From: Vitrella brassicaformis CCMP3155
Lineage: Eukaryota > Protista > Chromerida
Direction of reading: 5' to 3'
DNA length: 64,000 nt
NCBI GenBank assembly: GCA_001179505.1
Contig: CDMY01001019.1
Coordinates: 124,001-188,000 of the forward strand
The notes under the pieces were generated by a model, which saw only the letters and a program-made list of their open reading frames with translations, was not told the origin of the DNA and searched no databases. Below are positions 23,209 to 35,232 of the stretch, one piece after another. Within the stretch, counting starts at the first letter, position 1. Each line of letters opens with the position of its first letter. A program made the translations under genes and the position numbers.

Positions 23209-26200
23209 ATGGCGGGTGTCGGGTTGGCGCCGCCGCCGCAGCTGGGCATTTCCTCAGAGGAGGCGAGAGGCGCACGCCTCACTGGCGGGCGCGGCAGACC
23301 GCCACGCACACAACAATCAGACATTGAACCGGCTCGTCCTGCTGCTTCTGCTGGTGCTGGAGGTGTTGGCGTGGAGGAGGTGCGCCTGGATGTCGGTCCT
23401 GGGGTAGGTGGAAGGGCAGTGCGTGAGATCGAAGATGACAGTGTTGAGGAAAATGTGGGTTACGAGAGTGAAGGTGAGGGAGGGGTGGAGGGCCGAGGGA
23501 GGTCTGAGAGAGAGGTGGCCGACCTCGAGCACAACCAAATACTCGCTGGCAATGAAGGTAGGGGTACGCACCTGCGCAGCGAGCAAGGGAGGGAGGGAGG
23601 CGTGATCTTCATTCGCGTGTGTCCGTCGTGGTGGTTGGTTGTCTGTCGTGTGCAGACTACGCTCGTTTCAAGAAGGGTCGCAAGGCGGCCATGGATGACA
23701 CGCACCCGATGGACAGACTGAGGCTGTGGGAAACGGCACTCGAAATCACTGGGTGGGTGCGTGAGTGACAGACAGCCAGACCGACTGACAGACAGACTGT
23801 GCAGGATTCAGAACGTGACCAACAGCAAGCAGGACGTCTTCTATGTCGTTACTCTGCGGCACGTCAACAAGAAGAAGAGGGTCAGGGAGGGAGGGAGGGA
23901 GGGAAGGAGTGAGGGAAGGACCGAACACCTGCCTGCCTGCCTGCCTGCCTGCCTGCCACCCACGCCATCAATCAGCGGATTGTGTGCGTGTTTGTTGCGT
24001 TGGTTGGTTCGCATGTGTGTGCAGAGGGGCGTGATTCGCCGCACCTTCATGTACACGGACGCCTACTACCTCGAAAAGGGCGCAAACAGTCAGCACAGCA
24101 CAGCAACCTCAAAACACACCTCACCAGCCTGACTGAAACACACCAAGGACATACACATGTACATGATTGGGTGTCTGAATGGATGAATGCACTCGCAGAG
24201 CGACTGCGCGTTCCTGAGAAGGTCTCCATTCCGCGGACCCTCAAGTAAGTAAGACCAAAGGCAGGCAAGGCAAGGTGGGAGGGAGCGAGGGAGGGAAGGA
24301 GATGTGTGTGTGTGTGTGTGTGTGCGTGCAGGCTGAGCTACAACGACCTGAAGGACTACTGCGTCACGTTCGATGTGAGAAACCACAGACATGACGCCTT
24401 CCTTCGACACACACCCTCCCTCATTCACCACTCCCTCCCACTGTACTGTGTGTATCCACACCGCCCACGACATTCATTCTGATTCAGATGTGGAAGCTGA
24501 ACAACTTCACGTTCAACACGCACCATGCCAGCGCCCAGCTGTCGCTCTACGACGCCGCCAGCGAGAGCATGGACAGAGTCATTCTCGTCAAGAGAACCGT
24601 CAAGAAGGGACACAAAACCAACAGTCAGCCACAGACAGACGGAGGGAGGGAGAGCAACAGCTCCACAGGAGCATGGATGGATGGATGGATGGACGTATGG
24701 ATGTGTGTGTAGGCTTTGAGGTCCAGCGTCTGTCGATCACGTGTGAGCTGTCGGAGGTCTTCTCGTTCGAGCTCAAATTCGACAACTGGGTAACCCCGTA
24801 CCACGCACTGACCAGGGAGGGAGGGAGGCACACACCCGTCCATCCATGCATGTGCATGTGTTTGTTCCTTCCCCCCCTCCCAGGGTTTCCGCCCAAACGA
24901 TTCGTTGGACAAGGCGCTGATCGACGCGCCCAAGAGGCTGGAATTCGCCGTGCCCAAGTGAGTGGACGCAAGCAATGCACATTGATGGAAACACACGTAC
25001 ATACACACACACACACACGTACACGTGTATGTATGCATCACATCGGTATATGGGCGGCGACTGTGCGTATGTATGTGTTCTGACTGACTGGATATATAAT
25101 GCGCACAGGAACAAGGGGGGAAAGTTCCGCGTGCGCAGCACCAAGTTCGACAAGACGTACGTAGGTGTGATCGAATGTGACGCGCGGGCGGGACATGCAG
25201 ACAGACAGACATGTAGCCAGCCGGTCGACCAGCCGGCTTCATGAGCGCAGTGCACCTGGTGTGTGTGTGCTTTCTTTATTTCTTTCTTTCCAGGTCGTTC
25301 TGGAAGCAGATTCCCACTTTCCATTTCAAAGGTGAGCTCAGCGAGTAGAACCGGGCGAGCGTGTTGTGTTAACGACGCTGCCCAGGTGCATTGACCCATA
25401 GATGGATGGATGGATGGACACGTAATGATGCCATCACGTGTGTGTGCATGAAGGCACCAAGTCTCATTTGGAGAACACCTACTTCGCCGTCAAGGTGTTC
25501 GCATTCCTCAGCCACCTCAAACCCACACAATACATCGGTCGGTGCACACGCACTCACTCTCTCGCAGGCCGGCCACGTGTGGCTTGTCTTGTGTATGGGT
25601 GCCTGTGCGTCTGTGTCTGTGCGTCTGTGTCTGACGTTGATCCGTTTGCTCCTTCCTAGGCAAGGCGATTTTGTCGCTCAAGTCGGTGCTGGACATATCG
25701 GTGTTCAAGGGGGACGTCAAGATACTCACCGTACGCACACACACAGACAACACCACACCTCCTTAAACGTGTGTGTGCGTTGATTGATACATATATGTCT
25801 GTCTGTCTGCAGTCGGCCCCCGATAAGCTTCGCAAGGGCATGGTTCGCGGCAATGTCAAGTGTCAGCCCAGGAGCGCATTCGCAACCGCTGACGAAGACG
25901 ACAAGTCAGTCAGTCAGTCAACGCTCAGGCTGATCCATCCATCCATCCAGCCACTCACCCACTCACCCACTCACGTGTCCATTGTGTCTGTACCAGCGTC
26001 AAGGTGCGCCCGGAGCAGCCCCGTGGCGCGGCGCTCCTGTCGCAACTCGACATCCGCGAGCAGTACCTCGTCGTCAGGATCTCAAAGGTAGGCAAGGGTC
26101 ACCTGGTTTGTTTGCCCAGTTCTGACTGTGTCTGTCTGTCTGTTTTGTGTATCCATGTATTGTGTTGCGGTTTTGAGTGTGAGAATCTGCCCGTGGCGGA

Positions 26201-27408
26201 TTCGGACACCGGCAGCTCCGACCCGTTCGTGCGCGTCAAGTGGGACGGACTGGTCAGTGAGTGAGTCACCCACCATGTACACCTGACTGACGGCGAGTGA
26301 CGTGTGTGTGTGTTGGCATGTAACTAACACCGACACATCCATCCGTCCATGGGATGGACAGATTCAGAACTCTCCGGTGCGGGAGAGGACGACCCGTCCG
26401 GTGTTCAACCAGAACTTTTACTTCCCCGTCAGACTCATCAGCAAACGCTCAAGGACCAACCCGAAGTCAGTCACCCAGACAGACCTTGGAACGCATCCAT
26501 CCATGTGTACTGTCTGTGTTGTGGGTGTCTCTTTGTCAGGTACATCCGCAGCGCATTGCCCGTGGAGATGTTCTCCAAGGGTGAGGGAGATGGGGAGACC
26601 CGAAACACAGCCAGCCAGGCAGCAAAGTCGATGTGATTAATCGTTGGTGTGAGTCACGCAGGTTCGATCGACATCGAGGTGTGGGACAATGACGACTTCA
26701 GCTCCGATTTCCTAGGGGGTCAGGACAGACACACAGACACACAAGCACGCTCAGACAGAGAAAGAGGGAGATGGCGAGGGAGAGAGAGCAACAAAACGCG
26801 ACCGAGGGCGTCGCTGCATGCCTCTGTCTGTCTGTCTGCCTGCCTGTCTGTGTGTGTGTGTGTGTGTGTGTGCAGGTTGCCGTGTGGACCTGGCCGACAT
26901 CACGGGCAGCAACAACATCCAGAAACGATCTCTAGCATACGTACGTACGGATGCACATGTACACGGACAGACACACCACTGCACTGCCTACACACTCACC
27001 CAAACCAACCAACCACCAACAGGTGCAACAGGTGCCCAACCAACCGTCATAACATGTGTGTGTGCAGGGCACCAAGAAAAAGGAAAGGCGCGCCGGACCA
27101 GGTGCACCCGCACGCACCACTCGTCCATACCCACCCGTGCACCGACCGACCGACCGACCGACACACTCCTGCCTGCTTGTTTTCTCTCTGCTGCGCATTG
27201 CATTCATTGTCTGTGTGTCTGTCGTCTGTCATGTGCTCCATCGATCGATCATCCCCCACCCCACCCATCTAGATGCGGTAACGGCTGACGACGAAGACGA
27301 CATCGAAGACGAAGATGGCGGCAAACGGAGGAGAAAGGTGCACACGCACACACACACATACATCCATACATACATACATACGCATCCAGGAGGGGCTGGC
27401 TGGCTGGT

Positions 27409-27439
<31 letters not shown>

Positions 27440-30400
27440 GCGCGTGTGTGTGTGTTCAGGAGCCGTGGGATGTGGAGTTGGACACACGTGTGGTCGAGGG
27501 GTACAAGGAGCCCCTCATCGGCTCACAAATCAAGGTAGGTAGGTACGTAGGTACGTCCATACCTAAGTATGGACGTATGGATGCATCAACCAACGAATGC
27601 ATCAACCAACACATAGATAAGATACATACTGCGGGGCTGGCTGGCTGCATGTGTATTCTCGTACGTATGCATGTGTGGGTGGATGTCTGTCTGTCTGTCT
27701 GTCTGCAGACGGTGGGGACGTCGAGCATCTTCTTCGAGTGCTACTTCTGGCCCGACTTCCACGAGTCGCTGCGCATCGAGAAACCCAAGACAGAGGTCGG
27801 TGCGTGGGTGGGTGGGTGGTAAGGGGGCACCCACCCGGACAGCCCAACAATCCGTCACGTGCAATGCGGATCTGCCGTATGTGTGTGGGTGCAGGAGTCT
27901 CGCGAAGACGCCATTCGGAAGGCCATCGACACGTGGAATGCGGTCAGATGGATGGATGGACGGGCTATGGAGCCACGCATCCACCTGTTTTTGTCTGCTG
28001 TGTTATCTATCTTGTCTGTGTGCCATCCATCCATGCATCAGGACTTCACAGCGTTCCAGAACGAGTATCTGCAGGACTTCCCCGACGGTCCAAAGGACCG
28101 CACGTGGACATGTGCTGCAGAACACCCACAGGTGGGTGGGTAGGCAGGCGGTACTTGCGTGTGGTTGTGGTTGTCTTTGTCCATTCATGACATGTTGCAA
28201 TTCAGACGAAGCAGATGTACCCCTTACCGTGCTTCGTCACGCCAATCGTCATACCAGAGGAGATGGCGGCCGCTTCGTGAGCAGTAGCCAAGGGAATCAC
28301 AGATCGACACACATCCACACTAAACAGAGCCAAGACAACACCTGCCCTCCTCCCTCTCTCTCTTTCTCTCTCTCTGTGTGTGTGTGTGTGTGTGTGTTGT
28401 GGTCAGCAAGTTGCTGCATTGGATGCAGTGTTTGAGTTTCGTGGTAGGGGGTCGGCAGGAGAAGGAGGGCAAAATCAAACGCTGGTACAACTCATCATTC
28501 CTACTCGCTAGAAGGTGACACCCACACATACATACACATCCATCCAGCCATCCATCCATCACCACACACAGACACATGGATGGCTGTATGGCTGTGTGTG
28601 ACCAGGCAGGGTGCCGTTCAGGACCATGCTCTCCTCCTCTGTGGCCTGCTGCTCGGCACCAAGAAGGATGCATACGTTTGCAAGGTGGCTGAAGAGCGTG
28701 CATCCACTCACTCACTGCATCACATGAACGGACGGATGAATCCATGTGTGTGTGTGTGTGTGTGTGTGTAGGGTACGTTGCCGTACGGCGATGAGCACGT
28801 GTGGGTGATGACTCGCGAGGAGGGGCCGTCGGGGTACGTCACCTTCTGGGAACTCACACAGCGAATGAGATACTACCTGCCATGTACTCACACACACAGA
28901 TGGATTGATGGATGGACGCCTGGCTCTTCCTGCCTATCATGCTCATGCGTCTTTGTCTGTGTATGTGTGTGCAGTGCGTTGGGCTGGCAGGCCCGAGACC
29001 TTCGACACCGAGGAGGTACGTGTGTCATCAACACACAGATGCAGCCAGCCCAGCCACGATGCCTTTTGTGAATGTGACCTTGTGGGTGTGTGCAGAGCGC
29101 CATCCAGCGTCCACGGAGCTTTGAGCACGTGAGTTGAGTCTGTCCACCAGTCAGCCCACAGACAGCGGCATCCATCCATCCATCCATCTGTGTGTATGGT
29201 GTGTGGCTGCGTCACGTCACTTCAGCGCGGGAGCCTGGATTCTCCGTCGAGCGATTTCGACTCCATGTGGGCCGACACCGAGGTCAAAGACCAGACCGTC
29301 AGAGAGGTGCGCCCCACCCCACCGGGGGAGGGACACTGACTGACAATCCACACTCACGTACCCGATTTCACACGTGCATCTGTTTGTTCCGGGGTGGGTC
29401 GGCCTGTCTGTCTGTCTGTCTGTCTATGCTGTCACCTCACCGGCCCCCCCTCATTCACCACACCACACAGGACGAGTACGATTCTTTGCCCCACATGAGC
29501 AACATCCCACGGCCCAAACGCACCACCGCCAAAGTCGCACCCAGGAAGAAAAGTACGTAATACACAACACAACACAACGCAAGAACACAACACACACACG
29601 CGCCCCCCCACGCCCATCCACCCTTTGTAGAGCTTTCTGCATTCCGTCGCTCACTTCTCGCAGGTCGTGTGTCGCGTGAGGCGCAGCAGCGGGAGCACGC
29701 GCAGCGTCGTGCGCAGAAGCCGTACGCCCCCCAGATGGACCTAGTGCGCGTCGACGACACGTTGGTGCCTGTGCCGTACGAGACGATCGAGGTGGTCTTC
29801 AACCACGAGCGGGTGTTCGGCAACCTGCAGAACCACCACCCGGCATGCATCAAATACGACTTCGAGAACCCACAACAGTGGAGAGACCTCAACCAGCTGC
29901 TCTCACACCAGGTGAGGGAGGAAGGGAGGGAGGCGGCCAGAAAGGTCGGTGGAAGGAAGGTGCATCCATCCATCCATCCATGAAGCTGACGATTGTGTCT
30001 GCCGTGTCTGTCGTGTGTGTGGTTCATTCCTTGATTCAGGATTACCCCGAGCGGATTGACGCTGACGTGACCCCTGGTCCGGCTTTGCGGCCGCACACGT
30101 GTGAGAGGGAGGCGGCCAAGCTCGTGGGAGAGCTCTGCGAGAACATACGCATGTACAGGGCCAGACTGGGGCTCGAAACCCTATTCGACAACGTACGTCT
30201 CATCTCGTCAGCCATCAGCCACCCCCCCAAACATGTACCCATCTGTCTGTGTGTGCGCGCGCGCGCGTGTGTGTGTGTGTGTGTCAGAGTGAGCCTCTGA
30301 CGGACAAGATCCGTGACTACTTGGATCTGTTGGAGCAGCGGCACAACCTGAGTCCAGAGTTCGACCCCGGGCCGGGCGAGCCCACGGGCTTCTCCAACCC

Positions 30401-31280
30401 CAGAGACGAAACCGAGGCCGTACGGGTGTTCAAAAGATACCCACCACCGGGTGGGTGAGACCTCCAATATCTTATCGGCATGCAATGGTGGCCCGAATGT
30501 TGTGTGCGTGTGGTGTGTTGATCAGATTCGATATCCCCCACGCCAGCAGAGGTGCAGAGCAAGTGGCACGACTACTACGAGTGAGTGAGTCAGTGAGTCA
30601 GTCAGTGTGGGAGTCAGTGTGGGTGGAGTGCCGACCGGAACGATGCACACGCACTCGTGCTGACATCCATCATGTGTGTCACAACCTGTGTAGTCGTGAG
30701 AAGAAGCTGTACGAGTCAGGGAGGGAGGCACTGCAGGTTCGCAAGGGACACCAATTCTCAGGTAATAATAATGACAATGGATGGCTGGGCGGGGCGGATG
30801 CCACACACGCCAGCCACATGCATTTGTGTGTGTGCATTGATTTGATTGGATTGGTAAGGTTTTCCTATGCACTTTTGCTCGGCTGACTCGGAGAAGATCC
30901 GTGAGTATCTGCTGCAGATGAAGAAGTTCAGGGCCGTTCTCGAGGCCCCCCTCGACTCCGTCGTCTACACCATCGTCTGCCGCATATTCGGACTCTCTTC
31001 ATGTATGTAGACACGGCACGGCACGCACACGCGATCAGTATAGTCGTTGCACTTCACTTCACACACAGAGAGAGGGGGGGAGAGAGAGGACAGTCAGTCA
31101 GGTCGATTCATTCACTCATTCCTGCGTGTCTCTGTCCGTTTGGTTTTCTCTTTGTGTGCTGTGCTGTGCTGTGCATGTCATTTGTTTGCAGCGATCCCGT
31201 CTGTGTGGATCTTCTTCGGTGCGTCGGTGGCTGTGGTGCAGAACCAATACACAGGCGAGAAGACCATGGCCATGTTGTAA
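23209..31280 (+). CDS. Multi-C2-domain plus transglutaminase-like protein of the CEP76/CC2D2A ciliary/centriolar family (more than 25 exons)
   Basis: C2: CENLPVADSDTGSSDPFVRVKWDG..PVFNQNFYFP..IEVWDNDDFSSDFLG; TGL: QGAVQDHALLLCGLLLG..AYVCK|GTLPYGDEHVWVMTRE; CEP76-like PYETIEVVFNHERVFGNLQ; ends SVWIFFGASVAV...AML*. Confidence 0.85.
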
Positions 31281-32494
31281 ATTAAGGAAAGGAAGGAGGC
31301 ACAGGGAGGAACGACCTATTTGCTTTGCCTTCCTTTGGTGTGATGTGTGTCTATCCAATGAATGAATGCACCCTCATACGGGACCCAACCAACCACCCAA
31401 CGACCAATGTGTGTTGTGTGGTTTGTTGCCTATAAGTGTGGCTGTGCTGCTCTGCCCTGCCCTGCCCTGGTCTGGTCTGGTCCCAAAGGTCTGTCTGTCT
31501 GCTGGTCCATCCATCCATCCATCCATCTGTGTTACACACACGGCATGCATCGATCGCATCGCAAGGTAGGTAGGTCGGCGTTTGTGTCTGTCTGTCTGGC
31601 ATGTTCGTGAGTGAGTGGGTGCCACCCCAAGCAACTAACTGGTGTAGACAGGTACTTTGTGTAACTGCAGGCAATGAATGTGGGAGTTCGTTCATCATTC
31701 TCTCCTGTCTGCCCTGCACTGCCCTGCACTGCACGTGTGTTGTGTGTGCTTTCTTTGTACGTCTTCCTCTCTCGCCGCTGGTTTGCCCCTGCCTGCCTGC
31801 CGATGGTTGCATGCGTTCAACTCAACGAATGGTTCATGTCTGGTGCCGTGGTGGCCGGCCATGGCGTGCTGTGCTTGCTAAATGGTTGATTCAACATTGG
31901 CTGGCTCCTTTGATTGCACCTCCAACATTCGGATGCACACGCAAGAAGGTCTGTCTGTGTGCGCCGAATCTCTGCGTGTCTGCATGCGTGAGTGTCTGTG
32001 TCTCTGTCCGCTATCACATTAATCACATGAGAGAGCACCGCCGGCCGGGTGTTGTGGCCAGGTCGATCAGGATTTATTGCAGGTGGAACGTCGTGGTGTG
32101 TTTATCTGTCAGTACTGTCGGCTACCGCCACCGTTCATCCATCCATCGACAATTTGTGTGTATGTCCAGCCAGCCAGCCGGCACAGCATCCATCCATCTA
32201 TCATGAGAGCCAGCGTCCTTCCCCGAAGCACACACGCTACCCGCACCCACGCCGCATCCTACGCATGCGGACCTATGTGGGGTGACTTAGCAGCTTAACT
32301 GCTGACAAGTGGAAACCCAGTTTTGCACTTCTCTCGTCTGGTGGTGTTTCCGATGTCCTCAATCCGGGAGACGATTGCATTTGGATCGCTGAGGTCCCTG
32401 CGTAAAGTCTAAAGTCTCCCGCTTTTGAAAAAAGAGCGTCCTCCACAGGGAGATCTTTCAAGCCGAGCGACTGTACGTCTGTGATCGAGCCGCC

Positions 32495-34399
32495 ATGACG
32501 CGTTTCGCCTGGGCCATTCTCCTGGCTGGTCTGGTGGCCATCGTGCAGCCCCTGCTGGCCGCCCAGCGCACCGATGACCGACGTAAGCCACAGGGAAGCA
32601 CATGCACACCGAGCCACCATACATCATGGCATATCGGCCCATTTTGTGTGTGTATGCTGCTTTCTGGTGTATATAAATGGCGGGATGGCCGATCTATGGC
32701 TGCAGAGGTGTCGGTGGCCGCTCATGAGCTTGGTAGGTGGCCGCGCCCATCCATCCGTCCCTCCACATGGTGGAAATCTCTCTCTTTCTCTTTCTCTCTG
32801 TGTGTGCGTGTGCAGGTGGCCAGTTGGCTTCGTCTGCGGAGTTTTCGCTGGTGCAGCTGCAGCTGGATCACGCCGAGAAGGACATCACTGCGGCCCACCA
32901 GCTGATCACTGCGGCCGCCCACCAGCTGAACACTGCGGCCCTGAACGCCATCAAGCTCAACACGTGTACGCATCTAGCTACCCAAAGACCTGCCTAGATG
33001 GACGCCCGAATGCCTCCCTCCTATTGCTACCATTCTGTGTGCAGGGAGAAGTGGTATAAATTCGCTGTTGGAGGGCCAGACGACGTCGACTCGCTACGGC
33101 ACCAAGAAGGGTGGGAACGGAACACAGCTCTAGAGCCGCTCTTGCAATCGCATCCTTGCTCTTCGCCGCTTTCAATGATGCCTGCAGACGAGAAGTTCCC
33201 AGCTGGCAAGGCCTTAGTCGGTGCTGAGGGAGCGAACATAACACACACGTAGTATGGCGGCCGACGCATGTGGGGTGTGTGTGTGTTGTTGTTTTGTAGG
33301 GACATCGTGCACTGTAAAATTCATCCAGATAGATGAGATTGCTCATGGTGGCAACCAGTACGACCTGATCTTCGGTGCGGTTTCGACGAAAGGTTGTCCC
33401 GAGAGCCAGGTGTGTGTGGCCGACAAGCTTATCACAGTCGCCCTCGACCAGGGCGCCGCTGAGGCGAAAGGCACGTGCATGGCCAACCCCATCGTGGGCA
33501 ACGCCAATCAGTGTTTCGCCAAGCTTTTTACAGAGACAACGGGCGAAAAATACTGCACCAATGCAAACGCGGTAAGTCGAATGACATGCATGCTGCAGCC
33601 ACACAAGGACGCATGACTCATCTGTACGTCCGTGTGATGGCGCTCTGTGTGTGTCTCGGCATTCATGTTTGGTGCAGGGGTCTAACATCCAGCTGCTGAT
33701 GGACTTACCCATAAAGGTGACTCATTTCGGCAAGGCCCGCATCACCTACGAGGGTCTGTTCGGTGAATTCACCGCCAACATCCTCATGCCGGGGTACTCC
33801 CACTATGACGACACCATGAAAAAGCGCAAGCGTCAGGGCCGACTCTTCGAAAGGTAAGTGCACGCACACACACGCCCCCCCCCCCCCCCNNNNNNNNNNN
33901 NNNNNNNNNNNNNNNNNNNNNNNNNNNNNNNNNNNNNNNNNNNNNNNNNNNNNNNNNNNNNNNNNNNNNNNNNNNNNNNNNNNNNNNNNNNNNNNNNNNN
34001 NNNNNNNNNNNNNNNNNNNNNNNNNNNNNNNNNNNNNNNNNNNNNNNNNNNNNNNNNNNNNNNNNNNNNNNNNNNNNNNNNNNNNNNNNNNNNNNNNNNN
34101 NNNNNNNNNNNNNNNNNNNNNNNNNNNNNNNNNNNNNNNNNNNNNNNNNNNNNNNNNNNNNNNNNNNNNNNNNNNNNNNNNNNNNNNNNCCCCCCCCCAC
34201 ACAGAATGCATCTGTCAATCGTGCTTGCCTGTGGTTTGCCTTGTGTCTGGATCATTGCAGGGATAGCAGCGCTTTCTTGAAGAAGGTGCTGCCGCAGGCC
34301 TTGCCGGAGAAGCATCCCACGTGTCTCCCGGCTCAAGTTCAGCGACATCATAGCCGGCCTTCCCACGTGTCTCCCGGCTCAAGTTCAGCGACATCATAG
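32495..34399 (+). CDS. Secreted Cys-rich protein of unknown function; last intron spans the gap
   Basis: Signal peptide MTRFAWAILLAGLVAIVQPLLAA; frame-compatible exons with a Cys-rich domain; phase-2 donor before the gap matches the acceptor at 34260 (FER|DSSAFLKKVLP). Confidence 0.7.
33890..34189. other. Assembly gap (300 N) flanked by poly-C on both sides
   Basis: C-runs at both edges; probably an intronic homopolymer. Confidence 0.99.
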
Positions 34400-34406
34400 C
34401 CGGCCT
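34315..34406. repeat. 46-bp perfect tandem duplication
   Basis: tcccacgtgtctcccggctcaagttcagcgacatcatagccggcct x2. Confidence 0.92.
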
Positions 34407-34843
34407 TAATTAACGGTGCGGGGGGGGGAGGGGCGTGTGTATATTTGCATTCTCAACTTACTGCGAAAACTGCTTTAAAAGAAATAAATAAAAGCATATT
34501 TATCAGGAACAAGGAATTCTTGGATGCACAAGGAATTCCTTGTCCAAAGGGCCCATACTTGCGCCATTTGCTTTATCTGGTCATCCATTTTCCGACCCAT
34601 CCGCATCCATCTAGCTGTGTCTTTGTCGATTTCAAGCATCTGAGGCTTCCGTCCTCCCCCGAAGTACTTGTGCTCTCAGCCGTCGTCAGTAAGCCCACTG
34701 CACGGAGCGGCGTCTCCGTGTCTCTCCATTCAAGACCTCACCCCACCGTGTTCATCCCAGCCGGCCAGAAGGGGCCGAAGACCGCAGGCGAAGGCGCCAT
34801 GATGAGCGACTAGACACCCACGGGACGGCTCTCCTTCCCTTCA

Positions 34844-34873
34844 CCTGTCAGATGGGCTTGCCCATCTGACAGG
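34844..34873. other. 13-bp perfect hairpin with CTTG loop
   Basis: cctgtcagatggg-cttg-cccatctgacagg. Confidence 0.8.
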
Positions 34874-35232
34874 GTGGGTAGCAAACAAAACGATTCCTAT
34901 ATGGGTGGATGGATGAGCGGGGAGAAGAACTAAGGTCGGGAACTCTCAACAAACAAAGCCTGTCTGTCTGTCTGTCTAGGCGTGTCTGCACGGGCCTCTG
35001 GCAGGCAGGCAGGCAGTGCACAGGGAGAGAGACGCTGAGAGGTGCGACACTCATACGCAAGGAAACGGAAAATCCCATCAAGCCCTTACTTAGCCGGTCA
35101 GTCATTATCTGTCTCGCCACAGACAAACAGACTGTCAGCTTCCGCAACCGTTCATCCTTTGGACACAGACGGACACAGCTCCATGCACAGCCGCCCGCCG
35201 ACCAGCGCTATTGATGTCCCTCACCCCGTAAG

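Noticed and set aside
34810-34873. Helitron 3' end (hairpin plus CTAG)
   Set aside because: 30-nt spacing is atypical, and I found no 5' TC end or Rep/helicase; kept only as a hairpin
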